Assembly: GCA_963840935.1 (NCBI GenBank)
Contig: CAWJAS010000001.1
Coordinates: forward strand, 448,875-512,874
DNA length: 64,000 nucleotides
Source: Candidatus Magasanikiibacteriota bacterium
GTDB taxonomy: Bacteria > Patescibacteriota > Patescibacteriia > Magasanikbacterales > GWA2-37-8
Reading direction: 5' to 3'
Part shown: piece after piece, positions 29,842 through 40,500 of the stretch
How the letters are laid out: each line of letters begins with the position of its first letter
Numbering within the stretch: the stretch's first letter is position 1
Notes under the pieces: generated by a model
What the model saw: only the letters and a program-made list of their open reading frames with translations
What the model was told of the DNA's origin: nothing
Database searches by the model: none
Position numbers and translations under genes: made by a program

Positions 29842-31641
29842 TTATTTTTTTAAAACTTTTAGATATGCTTCGGGCGGTATATCTACCTTGCCGTGAGCGG
29901 CCATTTTTTTCTTGCCTTTTTTTTGTTTTTTTAGCAATTTCATTTTTCTTGTTACATCACCGCCGTATAATTTTGCCAAAACGTCTTTACGGTAAGCGGA
30001 TAATCTTTCGGCGGCGATTATTTTGCCACCCACCGCCGCTTGAATTTTGAGTTCGAATTGATGGCGAGGTAATGTTTCTTTTAATGTTTCCACAATTTTT
30101 TTACCGGTCTTATAGGCTTCGTCTTCCCACACAAGGGTGGCCAGTTCCTCCACCGGATTTTCGGCAATAAGAATATCTAGTTTTACTATTTTTGTCGGTT
30201 CATATTCTTTGAATTCATAATTCATTGAAGCATAGCCGGATGTTACGGTTTTGAGTTTGTCATAAAAATCCGTAATTAAAGAAGCCAAAGGAATTTCGTA
30301 ATGCAATACTACTCTTTGGTCTGATGTGCCGGACAAAAATTCAGTGTTGACATATCGTCCTCGTTTTTCGGAAACCAAAGCCATAACATTTCCAACATAA
30401 TCTTTTGGTGTAATTATATCGAGTATCATCCACGGTTCCGATGTTGATAAAATATTTGAAGGGTTTGGCATTTCTTGGGGGCCGTGAATGGTAATTTCTT
30501 CATTGTTGCTTTTAACTATTTGATAAGCGACGCTTGGCACGGTTATTACTATGTCCATGTCATGCTCTCTTCTTAATCTTTCTTGAAAGATATCCAAGTG
30601 CAACATGCCCAAAAAACCGCACCTGAAGCCAAAACCAAGGGCTTGCGAGTGTTCTGGTTCATAAAACAAGGATGAATCATTAAGTTTTAATTTTTCAATC
30701 GCTTCACGCAATTCTTGATATTCGTTTCCTTCTTTGGGAAAAATTCCAGCAAACACCATCGGCTGGACTTCTTTGTATCCGGGCAGGGGAGCGTCTGCAG
30801 GCGAATTGCCCAAAGTAATCGTATCGCCGACTCGACAGTCCTTAACTTCTTTTAATCCCGTCACTATATATCCAATTTCACCGTTTTTGAGCGATTTAGC
30901 CGGATAAAGTTTTGGCGTGTAATAACCAATTTCCAACACATCGGCATCTACTTCCGCGGTCATAAGCTGAATTTTTTGACCTTTTTGAATATCTCCGTCC
31001 ACGATTCGCACCGAAGCAAGCACTCCCTTGAACTCATTATATTCAGAATCAAAAATTAAGGCTCGAGATTTTTTTTCGGAATTATTTTTTGGCGCTGGAA
31101 TTCTTTTGATTATTGCTTCTAAAATATCAGGCACTCCTTGTCCGGTTTTTCCTGAAGCCAAAATAATATCGCTTTCCTCACAACCGATTAGGTGAATAAT
31201 TTCTTTTTTTACTCGTTCTATGTTGGCCAGAGGCATGTCGATTTTATTGATAATCGGAATGATGGTTAAGTTCTGGTCAAGGGCCAAATATAAATTTCCG
31301 ATGGTTTGAGCTTGAACCCCTTGGGTGGCGTCAACCAAAAGAATCGCTCCTTCAACGGCTGCGAGTGACCGGGAAACTTCGTAATTAAAATCAACATGTC
31401 CGGGCGTGTCTATTAAATTCAAAATATAATTATTTTTGTCTGATGCTTTGTACAGCATTCTGACCGGAGTTAATTTTATGGTAATACCGCGTTCTCTTTC
31501 CAAATCCATTGAATCCAAAAGTTGGTTTTTCATTTCACGACTTGATACCGTGGCGGTTAATTCCAAAAGACGGTCGGCCAAGGTGCTTTTTCCGTGGTCA
31601 ATGTGGGCTATGATGCAAAAATTTCTTATTTGTTCATTCAT
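29842..31641 (-). CDS. lepA: Elongation factor 4 (LepA)
   Basis: IRNFCIIAHIDHGKSTLADRL, LGFGFRCGFLGMLH, RKDVLAKLYGGD. Confidence 0.99.
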   Translation of the reverse strand: MNEQIRNFCIIAHIDHGKSTLADRLLELTATVSSREMKNQLLDSMDLERERGITIKLTPVRMLYKASDKNNYILNLIDTPGHVDFNYEVSRSLAAVEGAILLVDATQGVQAQTIGNLYLALDQNLTIIPIINKIDMPLANIERVKKEIIHLIGCEESDIILASGKTGQGVPDILEAIIKRIPAPKNNSEKKSRALIFDSEYNEFKGVLASVRIVDGDIQKGQKIQLMTAEVDADVLEIGYYTPKLYPAKSLKNGEIGYIVTGLKEVKDCRVGDTITLGNSPADAPLPGYKEVQPMVFAGIFPKEGNEYQELREAIEKLKLNDSSLFYEPEHSQALGFGFRCGFLGMLHLDIFQERLRREHDMDIVITVPSVAYQIVKSNNEEITIHGPQEMPNPSNILSTSEPWMILDIITPKDYVGNVMALVSEKRGRYVNTEFLSGTSDQRVVLHYEIPLASLITDFYDKLKTVTSGYASMNYEFKEYEPTKIVKLDILIAENPVEELATLVWEDEAYKTGKKIVETLKETLPRHQFELKIQAAVGGKIIAAERLSAYRKDVLAKLYGGDVTRKMKLLKKQKKGKKKMAAHGKVDIPPEAYLKVLKK

Positions 31642-31642
31642 A

Positions 31643-33262
31643 TTAATCTTTTGTTTCCATGAGTTCGGTAGTGATTACATTTTGAGGTTTTAAGAATTTA
31701 CCGGTCAGCGCGGATTTAAGGTGAATCATTTCTTCAAGTTTTAATAGCCAGCATACGGTTAAATAAACGGCTAATCCGGTAATACCGGCGATAGCGCCTT
31801 GACCGAAGATTCCCCAAAAGTAATTCAAATTGAAAAAGTTGGATAATGGGTATTTTAACAGTTGGACTATTACAGCCATGAACATTGAAGCAACGGAAAT
31901 TTTTAGTAATGAGTTCATAATTCTATATCCATCAATGTGGGGTAATTTTCTTCGTAAGAACACGATTAATAAAAAGGCGCTTATTATTGCTCCGATTGAA
32001 GCTGCCGCGGCCAATCCGGCCACTCCCATTATTCGCATTAGGATTAGGGCGGAAATAATGGCGCAAGCCTCGGCAATAAGAGCTATAAACAATGGTGTTT
32101 TTGTGTCCGATAGTGAAAAGAATGCTCGTGAAAATAAAGGTATTAAACCCTGAGCGAATAATCCAAAAGAAAAGAAAGCCAAAGTATCGGCGGTTTGTAT
32201 TGTGGCCGTCCAATCAAATTGGCCGGTTCCCAAAACGACGCGCACAATTTGAGCGCGTAAGAGCATTAATATGATCGAAAAAGGTATTATCAAAAAAAGG
32301 ATTTGTCTTATGGCGGACGATAAATTCGCGATGAAAAGTTCCATATCATTATTGGCCGCGGCGGATGCAAGTATGGGAAATACCGCCAGAGCAAAAGGAA
32401 TCGCCAAAATTCCCACAGGTACCGCTTGCAAGTTTGACGCGTAATTGTAAACAGCAATACTGCCGATTGGTAAAAGCGAGGCCAAAATAGTTGTTACCAA
32501 GATATTAATTTCTGTAACAGCCGAGCTTATTGTGCGAGGTATCATTAATTTGGCGATTATTCTTGTGTTCGCGTCTTTTAGGTTAAAACTCCAGCTCCAG
32601 CGCCAACCGGCTTGTTTTGCTCCGATAAATAATAATGAAAAGTGCATGAATGCCCCCAACACAACGCCCCAGGCCAATCCGGTCGGACCGATAATTTTTA
32701 CAAAAAAAGTCGCGCCAATTATTATGCCAAGATTATAAAAAATAGGAGCGACGGAATAAAAAACAAAGCGCCTTAGTGATTGCAAAATTCCACCCAATGT
32801 CATTGATAAACCAAGAATAATCGGAGACAAAAACATTATTCTGGCAAATTGTGTGGCCAAAACGGTGTTTTGGATATCAAATCCCGGTGCGATTAAGGGA
32901 ACAATAAAGTGTGCCAGAGCAATTCCAACTATTGAAAACATTATTAGAGCGACACCAATAATATTAAATACGTTATTGGCCAATCGCCATGCAGAAGTTT
33001 TGTTTTCGGATTGCGAGAAAATTTTTGTGAACGTTGGAATAAAACCGGCGGTTAGAGCCCCGATAATTAGCAGAGTATAAATTAAGTCAGGTATTTTAAA
33101 GGCTGCGTGATAAGCGTCCATAATTGAACCGGCGCCAAAATAATGCGCCAAAATTCTGTCTCTGAATAATCCGATGATTCGGCTAACCAAAGTCGCGCTC
33201 GCGATAATTAACGCTGCTCCGGTGATGGTTTTTGATTGATTGTTTAAAACTTTGAGTATCAT
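31643..33262 (-). CDS. murJ: Lipid II flippase MurJ (MviN)
   Basis: SRIIGLFRD, DAYHAAFKIPD, RAFFSLSDTKTP; about 14 TM. Confidence 0.95.
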   Translation of the reverse strand: MILKVLNNQSKTITGAALIIASATLVSRIIGLFRDRILAHYFGAGSIMDAYHAAFKIPDLIYTLLIIGALTAGFIPTFTKIFSQSENKTSAWRLANNVFNIIGVALIMFSIVGIALAHFIVPLIAPGFDIQNTVLATQFARIMFLSPIILGLSMTLGGILQSLRRFVFYSVAPIFYNLGIIIGATFFVKIIGPTGLAWGVVLGAFMHFSLLFIGAKQAGWRWSWSFNLKDANTRIIAKLMIPRTISSAVTEINILVTTILASLLPIGSIAVYNYASNLQAVPVGILAIPFALAVFPILASAAANNDMELFIANLSSAIRQILFLIIPFSIILMLLRAQIVRVVLGTGQFDWTATIQTADTLAFFSFGLFAQGLIPLFSRAFFSLSDTKTPLFIALIAEACAIISALILMRIMGVAGLAAAASIGAIISAFLLIVFLRRKLPHIDGYRIMNSLLKISVASMFMAVIVQLLKYPLSNFFNLNYFWGIFGQGAIAGITGLAVYLTVCWLLKLEEMIHLKSALTGKFLKPQNVITTELMETKD

Positions 33263-33282
33263 TTTATTCTTTCATTATTCGG

Positions 33283-33966
33283 TTATTTTGCGTTTTTGTT
33301 CTCGAAATTAACCACAATAAATGCGTATGGCGTGTTTTGAGATTTATCGGAATGCTCAACGTATAAATTGACGCTTAATTTATTATCGCGAATAAATAAT
33401 ATTTGTTTGTAATTATGACCGGTCGTTTCGGAACTAATTGTAAAACCGGCCTCTTTTAATTTTGTTTCATAATAATGAATCATCGTTTGCGGTTCACTGG
33501 AAATATTATCCCATTCTATTCTTACGGTATCTTCATCATCGGGTGTCGGTTTAATTAATAGTTTCCATATTTCTCTGGCAACTTCGATTTTTTCCGTTTT
33601 GACTGTTGAGCTGGCGTCGCCCGTCTCGTTGTAGATTAATGGTGAAAGTAAAATTTTTGGAAAAAAAGTTGCCAGTTCCATACTGCGACTTTTGTATTTT
33701 CCGGAGATGACAGTAATTTTGTTAATGTTATACTGGTCATAAATCGGCACTTCGGAGGGGAAATAGGAGGGTAGGTTTTTAATTTCTTTTGGTCCGGCAC
33801 CAATAAATATTTTTATACCAATTACTATGGCAACGACAAAAATTAAAACACAACCACACCCGGAAAGGCAGGCGGTTGTAAACCATGGGCCGCGTTTTTT
33901 TAGTTCCTGAATTGGCGGTTCAATAATTTCAACACCACGCGTTAAATCGTCTGTTTTTGATGTCAT
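33283..33966 (-). CDS. Hypothetical single-TM protein
   Basis: 227-aa ORF with 'CLSGCGC' before TM; 'LPSYFPSEVPIY'. Confidence 0.7.
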   Translation of the reverse strand: MTSKTDDLTRGVEIIEPPIQELKKRGPWFTTACLSGCGCVLIFVVAIVIGIKIFIGAGPKEIKNLPSYFPSEVPIYDQYNINKITVISGKYKSRSMELATFFPKILLSPLIYNETGDASSTVKTEKIEVAREIWKLLIKPTPDDEDTVRIEWDNISSEPQTMIHYYETKLKEAGFTISSETTGHNYKQILFIRDNKLSVNLYVEHSDKSQNTPYAFIVVNFENKNAK

Positions 33967-34053
33967 AGTCTGAATAATTGTATCAGAATATCAGTATTTT
34001 GTGTAGAGCAGAATATGTGGTAAAATATGGCTATAATTTACTTGAAAAAAATT

Positions 34054-35418
34054 ATGAAACTATCATTTTTTGGGGCGGCAAAAGAGGTGACCGGCTCTTG
34101 TTCACTTTTGGAAACAAATACATCCGGCGTTTTAATTGATTGTGGCGCCTTTCAGGGGGGTGATTTTGTGGAGGAAAGAAATAACGACCCTTTTGTGTTT
34201 GAGGCTGAAAAATTATCAGCGGTAATAATAACCCATGCCCATCTTGACCACATTGGACGCTTGCCCATGCTTATTAAATCAAATTATAACGGATTTATTT
34301 ATGCCACTCCGCCGACAATTGAATTAATAAAAATTGTTTTGGAGGACGCGCATGATGTTATGGTGCACAATTCCAAAAAATACGGCTCGCCCGTATTATA
34401 CAGTTTGGATGATGTGGCTAAAGTTATTGAGCAATGCAAAAGCGTTGATTATTATGAAGAAAAATTTATTTCGGAACAAAAAGATTTATCTTTTAAATTT
34501 TATGAAGCCGGCCATATTTTTGGCTCTGCTTTTGTGGAAATAAAAACAGAAGGAAAAAAAATTATTTTTTCCGGTGATTTTGGAAACATTAATGTTCCTA
34601 TTTTGCGTGATTCCGATGATTTACCAAGCGATGTTGATGTTTTGATTTGCGAATCAACATATGGGAATAGAGAACATGATAATCGGTTAAATCGACAGGA
34701 TGCCATTATGGATATTGTTAAACGCGCAATGGAAAGAGGCGGAACACTGATGATGCCCGCTTTTTCAGTCGAAAGGACGCAGGAGATAATGTATGACCTT
34801 AATGAGTTGATTGACCACAGGAATGAATTGCCAAAGAATATTCCCATATTTTTGGATTCACCATTGGCTATTGAGGCAACTGAAGTTTTTGGGCGACATG
34901 TTAATTATTTTGACAAGGATGCAAAAAAATTCATTTTTTCCGGCGATGATTTATTCAATTTTTCCGGATTGAAAATTTGTTATTCAAGAGAAGAATCTAA
35001 AAATATTAATTCGGTTAAAGGTCCGAAGATTATTATTGCCGGCGCCGGCATGATGAACGGCGGTCGTATTCAGCATCATGCCCTCAGGTATTTGTTTGAA
35101 CCGAATAGCACCATATTTTTTACCGGTTTTCAGGCTTTTAGAACGCTGGGAAGAAAAATACTGGAAGGAAATTCGCCTGTTAATATTTTAGGACATTCGG
35201 TTGATGTTAAATGCCATGTTGAATATGTTGACGTGCTTTCGGCTCACGCTGATAAGAACCGCTTGTTTGAATGGGTAAGTAACAAAGGTAATGCGCCTAA
35301 AAAAATATTTTTAAATCATGGCGATATTGAGCAGATCGAGCCTTTTGCCGAGCGCATCAAAAACGAATTAAAAATAGAAGTTTACCCAGCGACTCCGGAA
35401 GAAGTTTACAATATTTAA
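34054..35418 (+). CDS. MBL-fold beta-CASP ribonuclease
   Basis: GAAKEVTGSC, THAHLDHIG, AGHIFGS, ESTYG, GMMNGGRI, SAHAD, HG. Confidence 0.93.
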   Translation: MKLSFFGAAKEVTGSCSLLETNTSGVLIDCGAFQGGDFVEERNNDPFVFEAEKLSAVIITHAHLDHIGRLPMLIKSNYNGFIYATPPTIELIKIVLEDAHDVMVHNSKKYGSPVLYSLDDVAKVIEQCKSVDYYEEKFISEQKDLSFKFYEAGHIFGSAFVEIKTEGKKIIFSGDFGNINVPILRDSDDLPSDVDVLICESTYGNREHDNRLNRQDAIMDIVKRAMERGGTLMMPAFSVERTQEIMYDLNELIDHRNELPKNIPIFLDSPLAIEATEVFGRHVNYFDKDAKKFIFSGDDLFNFSGLKICYSREESKNINSVKGPKIIIAGAGMMNGGRIQHHALRYLFEPNSTIFFTGFQAFRTLGRKILEGNSPVNILGHSVDVKCHVEYVDVLSAHADKNRLFEWVSNKGNAPKKIFLNHGDIEQIEPFAERIKNELKIEVYPATPEEVYNI

Positions 35419-35430
35419 AAGAAAAAAACT

Positions 35431-35439
35431 TTATCCACA
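35431..35439 (+). promoter_or_regulatory. Consensus DnaA box
   Basis: TTATCCACA in intergenic region upstream of mraZ; single copy. Confidence 0.35.
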
Positions 35440-35467
35440 GCCCCGATTAAATCGGGGTTTTTTGTTT
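35440..35467 (+). terminator. Intrinsic terminator
   Basis: gccccgat-taa-atcggggt followed by T-run. Confidence 0.75.
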
Positions 35468-35499
35468 AATATTAGCCAAAAAAAATTTGGGTTATTGTG

Positions 35500-35550
35500 T
35501 TGACTAATGTATCTATGTGGTATAAAATGGATTGTAGTGGTGAGAAGTGG
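35500..35550 (+). promoter_or_regulatory. mraZ promoter with MraZ-binding repeats
   Basis: TTGACT-17-TAAAAT; (G/A)TGG at 35517, 35527, 35537, 35547 (exact 10-bp period). Confidence 0.8.
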
Positions 35551-35563
35551 TAAATCAAATGTT

Positions 35564-35995
35564 ATGTTTATTGGTGAATATCAGCACAACCTAGACGATA
35601 AAGGGCGTTTAGCCATTCCTGTTAAATTCAGAAAAGAGCTTCAAAAAGGCGCAGTTGTTACCAGGGGATTGGATAATTGTTTGTTTCTATATACAAAAAC
35701 AGAATGGGAAAAATTGGCCCAAAAACTATCCGCCTTGCCGATAAGCCAATCAAACAGCCGAGCATTCGCCAGATTAATGCTTGCCGGCGCTATGGATGTT
35801 TTAATCGATAAACAAGGAAGAATAGTTTTGCCGGAATATTTACGGACTTTTGCCTCTTTAAAAAAAGAAATTATCGTAGCTGGATTATATGGACGTTTGG
35901 AACTATGGGATGCAAAGAAATGGTCTGATTACAAATTTATGACTGAAAAAGAAAGCGGTGAAATAGCGGAAAGAATGGCCGAATTAGGGGTTTAA
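35564..35995 (+). CDS. mraZ: Transcriptional regulator MraZ
   Basis: MFIGEYQHNLDDKGRLAIP, DKQGRI, ELW. Confidence 0.97.
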   Translation: MFIGEYQHNLDDKGRLAIPVKFRKELQKGAVVTRGLDNCLFLYTKTEWEKLAQKLSALPISQSNSRAFARLMLAGAMDVLIDKQGRIVLPEYLRTFASLKKEIIVAGLYGRLELWDAKKWSDYKFMTEKESGEIAERMAELGV

Positions 35996-36001
35996 TTGTA
36001 T

Positions 36002-36916
36002 ATGCGACATGTACCTGTATTGTCAGATGAAGTGATTAAATTCTTGCGTTTGTCGCCGGGTAATAATGTTATTGATTGTACCTTGGGAGATGGCGGGCAT
36101 TCAAAGAGAATTTTGGAAGAAACGGCGCCTGACGGGAAATTACTTGGAATTGATTGCGACTCGGAATCGCTCAAAAGAGCTCAAGAATTTTTGGCTGATA
36201 ATACAAAAAGAATCGTATTTGTTCGCGCTAATTTCCGAAATTTAAAAAGCATAATTGACAACAATTTTAATTACAAAATAAATGGCATATTAATGGATTT
36301 GGGCTGGTCTACTCCTCAGTTTATGGAACGTGGCAGAGGATTCAGTTTTAACCTGCCGGTTGGTATCGATGAACCGCTTGATATGCGCTATGACAATTCA
36401 GAGAGTGAGATAACAGCACAAGAAATAGTTAATACTTATAGTGAAAATAAATTATCGGAAATATTTAGGCAATACGGTGAAGAGAAGTTTTATAAAGAAA
36501 TTGCCGTCGCCATTGTTGAAAAAAGAAAAATAAAAAAAATTAATAGCAGTAATGATTTGGTTGAAATAGTTTTAAGCGTTTATAGAAAAAAATTAAAATC
36601 GCGTCTGGATATTCCCCGAATAGGGAAAATACACCCGGCGACAAAAGTATTCCAGGCTCTGCGAATTGTGGTCAATGACGAGCTTGAGGCACTAAAACAA
36701 GCATTGCCTCAAGCTCTTGGCTCTCTTTGCCCCCAAGGAAGGTTGGCCGCTATCACATTTCATTCGCTCGAGGACAGAATAGTAAAACATTATTTTAAAG
36801 CGATTTCCGACCGAGCGATAATAATTACAAAAAAACCGATTATAGCGTCTTTGAGTGAAATCAATTCCAATCCCAAAGCCCGCAGTGCCAAGCTAAGAAT
36901 AATAGAAAAAATATGA
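36002..36916 (+). CDS. rsmH: 16S rRNA m4C1402 methyltransferase RsmH
   Basis: HVPVL, DCTLGDGGHS, PLDMR, HPATKVFQALRI, FHSLEDR, NPKARSAKLR. Confidence 0.97.
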   Translation: MRHVPVLSDEVIKFLRLSPGNNVIDCTLGDGGHSKRILEETAPDGKLLGIDCDSESLKRAQEFLADNTKRIVFVRANFRNLKSIIDNNFNYKINGILMDLGWSTPQFMERGRGFSFNLPVGIDEPLDMRYDNSESEITAQEIVNTYSENKLSEIFRQYGEEKFYKEIAVAIVEKRKIKKINSSNDLVEIVLSVYRKKLKSRLDIPRIGKIHPATKVFQALRIVVNDELEALKQALPQALGSLCPQGRLAAITFHSLEDRIVKHYFKAISDRAIIITKKPIIASLSEINSNPKARSAKLRIIEKI

Positions 36917-37284
36917 GATTAGTCAGAAAAATTAGATATCAATTTGATGATTATAAAAGAATAATTAAGAATTATTTTGATTATTCTCGCTTGCCGGCAT
37001 GGCTTACCGGGCGAATTTCTAGGTGTTCTATTTTTGTGATTCTTGTGGTGTGTTCCGTTTGCTATGTTATGCAAATAGCAAACGCCACGAGTAGTGGCTA
37101 TGAAATGCGCGACTTGCAAAGGCAGGTTAATTTATTGAACGAAGAAATAAATAAAATAAACATTGAAGCCGTATCGTATGGTTCTTTGTTAAACCTGGAA
37201 AAGCGCATTCAAGAGTCTGGAATGTCTCGAGTGTCAAATATTGTTTATGTAACTGCTCCGGATGTGATGTTCGCCAAAAAATAA
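36913..37284 (+). CDS. FtsL-like bitopic coiled-coil protein
   Basis: Follows rsmH; TM then 'GYEMRDLQRQVNLLNEE'. Confidence 0.6.
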   Translation: MRLVRKIRYQFDDYKRIIKNYFDYSRLPAWLTGRISRCSIFVILVVCSVCYVMQIANATSSGYEMRDLQRQVNLLNEEINKINIEAVSYGSLLNLEKRIQESGMSRVSNIVYVTAPDVMFAKK

Positions 37285-37362
37285 TGACTCGTATTTATAT
37301 ATTTATTCCGGCTATTCCGCCGGATTTTTTTTTATGGTATAATTCCAGCGATTATTTATCAT

Positions 37363-37716
37363 ATGCTTATTGCGGTTTTGCCAAGAATTTTATTGGAAAC
37401 AATAGTTGATATTCTGTTGTTTCCTTTATGGTGGTACACAAAAGGCGCCTGGCGCGCCGTTGTTTATTGCGCCAAACTTTTTAAATACGGCAATGAATTG
37501 ATGAACCCCGGTTTGTGGCTCAAAAATATTTTCGTGCCGATGTTCGGTCAATATGATATTCAGGGCAGAATTATCAGTTTTTTAATGAGATTTGCTCAAA
37601 TTATCGCCCGGTCCATTGGGTTGTTTTTGTGGTTGATTGTTTGTGTTATTATATTTTTTTGTTGGCTCGGCATCCCCATAATTATTATTTGGGGTCTTCT
37701 AAATGTATATAAATAA
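37363..37716 (+). CDS. Hypothetical membrane protein
   Basis: 117-aa hydrophobic ORF 'FPLWWY...KNIFVPMFGQYD', 2 nt before the Clp ATPase. Confidence 0.75.
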   Translation: MLIAVLPRILLETIVDILLFPLWWYTKGAWRAVVYCAKLFKYGNELMNPGLWLKNIFVPMFGQYDIQGRIISFLMRFAQIIARSIGLFLWLIVCVIIFFCWLGIPIIIIWGLLNVYK

Positions 37717-37718
37717 AT

Positions 37719-40499
37719 ATGTTATTTGAACCGGTTCAGCCAATTAATATTTTGACTTGTCCGTCATGTAAGGGCACCGGCTTGCGTGGTTTTAGTAAAT
37801 GCTCGGTATGTAAAAGCCAATCAATGATTTTGTGGCGCAGAAATAAAATTTTGCAGTGGGCGGAGCCTTTGACTCGCCAAAACATCGCTTTGCAGAACGG
37901 TCGCAGAATTTGGAATAAAATTAGAAGAATAACTTTGATTGTTTTATGGCTTAATTCATGGATTTGGGCAGTTTTTTTAATGTATCGGGATGGTGTTTTT
38001 GATAAAATCGTAAGTTATCCCGAAAATGCTTTATTAATTTTTAATTCGTTATCGCCATTTCCCAAAGTGCTTTTTTGGCTCGGTTTGATTTTTTTGACTT
38101 ATTTGTGGCATAGAATAATATCAGAAAAAAAGCATCATATTTTTGTTGAAAAATATGAGTATAAAAATGATATCGACGATGCTAAAATTGATTTGGGTGA
38201 TTTATCCGCGTCTGATTGGGGGTCGATTGGTCGCACAAAGGCGAAGCGTATTTCAATAGATAAGGTTTATACGGATGAAGCATTGTCGGCATTATTTGAA
38301 ACTTACAGTTTTGCCGATAAAAATAATTATGCGGAAGTAAGTGTGGAGCATCTTTTTTATTCCTTGCTTGGTTTTAATCGAATTTCCAATTTATTTATCA
38401 GACTCGGTATTCCGGCAAAAATTCTTCAAAGTAATATTTCTCTTCTTTTTAACGCTCCTTCGCAGACTCAGAATCAAAATAGTATGCCGTTAATTTCTGA
38501 GGGCGTAAAACAAGTGATGTTTAACGCCTATGAAGAAGCCTATGAAGCTCACCAAGAATTTGTTATGGTGACGGAATTGCTATCTGCATGCGTCAAGCAA
38601 TCGCCGGTTATTCAAGAGGTTATTTATGATTTGAATATTGATAAAGATAAACTGACGAACGTGATTGAATGGGCGAGAATCAGAGAAAGACTATATCGCC
38701 AATACACTAAACAATCTGCCAAAGCTTCCCGTCGCTCAAAGCATGGCATGGATAAGGCAATGACCGCCTTAGCGACGCAATATTTGAATAAATTTAGCGA
38801 GGATATGACGTTAAAGGCCCAGCTTGATTATTATGATTTTTGCGTCGCCAGAGAAAAAGAATTCGATGAAATTTTTCGAGTGGCGAGTAGTGGTGCTTCA
38901 AATATACTTTTGGTTGGCGAACATGGCGTCGGAAAAAGAACAATAATGGAAGGGTTGGCCGAAAGAATAATCTCCGATGACGTACCAGATCGTTTATCGG
39001 ATAAACGATTGGTTAAATTAAACATATCTTCTTTGCTTGCGGGGACCACCGCGGCCGGCGCAATTGAAAGATTGGCGATTATAATGAATGAAATCGCGCG
39101 CGCGCGAAACGTAATTTTATTTATTAATAATATTCACGAAATTGTTGGTGTATCAGCCGGAGAACAAGGAAGTTTGGATTTAGCCGGCACATTATCAGAA
39201 TATTTGTCCGATGGAAGATTTTTGATTTTTGCCACAACCACAAATGAAGATTTTGCCCGGCATATTCAAAATACCTCGCTTGCCAATATTGCGCAGAGAA
39301 TAGATATTGGCGAAATGGACGAAAATCAAGCGATACAAGTTGTAGAATCAAAAATAATATTTATTGAGCATAAAAGTAGAGTATTTTTTTCTTATGATGC
39401 GGTAGAAAAAACAGTCCAATTGTCGGCCAGATATTTGCACGATATGTTTTTACCCGGCAGTGCTTTGGAAATAGCTCGAGAGGCCGCGGTTTATACCAGA
39501 ACAAAAAAGGGCGCTGATTCTCTTGTTAGTGGCGAAGAAGTTGGCAAAGTAATTTCTAAAAAAACCGGAATACCGGTGACCTCGATTTCATCCGATGAAT
39601 CCGATAAATTATTGAAGCTTGAAGAAGAAATGCACAAAAGAGTAGTTGGCCAGGATGAAGCGGTTGATTTGATTGCCAATGCTTTGAGAAGGGCTAGGGT
39701 CGAAATTCGTTCAAAAAATCGTCCGATTGCCAATTTCTTGTTTCTGGGTCCAACTGGAGTGGGCAAAACAGAATTGGCAAAAACAATTTCGGAAGTTTAT
39801 TTTGGTGGGGAAGAAAGGATGATAAGGCTTGACATGAGCGAATACCAAGACAAAACGGGAATATATCGACTGATTGGGGCTCCGGGCGAACAGGGAACCG
39901 GCATATTAACCGAAGCTATCAAACGTCATCCATTTACTTTGTTGTTACTTGACGAAGTGGAAAAGGCCGACCCCGATATTTTGAATATATTTTTGCAAGT
40001 CATGGATGATGGCCGTTTGACGGACAGTACCGGAAAAGTGGTTGATTTTACTAATTGTATAATTATTGCCACATCAAATGCCGGCACGCAATATGTGCAA
40101 GACCAAATGCGAGAGGGTATCGGGAGTGAACAAATTAAAGAACGCCTGCTTCACGGTGAGTTAAAAGATTATTTTAAACCTGAATTTTTGAATCGCTTTG
40201 ATGGTATTGTTTTATTCAAAGGTTTGACGAAGGAAGATATTAAAAAGATTGCTTCCATAATGCTCAAACGCGTTGCTTTGGATTTGAGTCAAAAAGGAAT
40301 TGAGCTTATTGTCGAAGATGAAGCTCTTGAGTATTTGGCCACCGTCGGTTACGATCCGGAATTTGGAGCCAGGCCGATGCGTCGAGCGCTTCAGGAGCGA
40401 ATCGAAAATAAGTTGGCAGAAATGATTTTATCGGGAGCCGTCAAAAGAAGGGACAAGGTTATTATCGGAGAAAATGGCAATATCTCAACTGTATTTTAA
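37719..40499 (+). CDS. Membrane-anchored ClpA/B/C-family AAA+ ATPase with N-terminal Zn finger
   Basis: CPSCKGTG..CSVCK, two TMs, Clp-N repeats, GEHGVGKR, GPTGVGKTE, RLDMSEY, LLLDEVEKA, GARPMRR. Confidence 0.9.
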   Translation: MLFEPVQPINILTCPSCKGTGLRGFSKCSVCKSQSMILWRRNKILQWAEPLTRQNIALQNGRRIWNKIRRITLIVLWLNSWIWAVFLMYRDGVFDKIVSYPENALLIFNSLSPFPKVLFWLGLIFLTYLWHRIISEKKHHIFVEKYEYKNDIDDAKIDLGDLSASDWGSIGRTKAKRISIDKVYTDEALSALFETYSFADKNNYAEVSVEHLFYSLLGFNRISNLFIRLGIPAKILQSNISLLFNAPSQTQNQNSMPLISEGVKQVMFNAYEEAYEAHQEFVMVTELLSACVKQSPVIQEVIYDLNIDKDKLTNVIEWARIRERLYRQYTKQSAKASRRSKHGMDKAMTALATQYLNKFSEDMTLKAQLDYYDFCVAREKEFDEIFRVASSGASNILLVGEHGVGKRTIMEGLAERIISDDVPDRLSDKRLVKLNISSLLAGTTAAGAIERLAIIMNEIARARNVILFINNIHEIVGVSAGEQGSLDLAGTLSEYLSDGRFLIFATTTNEDFARHIQNTSLANIAQRIDIGEMDENQAIQVVESKIIFIEHKSRVFFSYDAVEKTVQLSARYLHDMFLPGSALEIAREAAVYTRTKKGADSLVSGEEVGKVISKKTGIPVTSISSDESDKLLKLEEEMHKRVVGQDEAVDLIANALRRARVEIRSKNRPIANFLFLGPTGVGKTELAKTISEVYFGGEERMIRLDMSEYQDKTGIYRLIGAPGEQGTGILTEAIKRHPFTLLLLDEVEKADPDILNIFLQVMDDGRLTDSTGKVVDFTNCIIIATSNAGTQYVQDQMREGIGSEQIKERLLHGELKDYFKPEFLNRFDGIVLFKGLTKEDIKKIASIMLKRVALDLSQKGIELIVEDEALEYLATVGYDPEFGARPMRRALQERIENKLAEMILSGAVKRRDKVIIGENGNISTVF

Positions 40500-40500
40500 T

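Noticed and set aside
29748-30050. 100-aa plus-strand ORF
   Set aside because: Antisense to the lepA 3' end and to a better-fitting 32-aa minus-strand ORF
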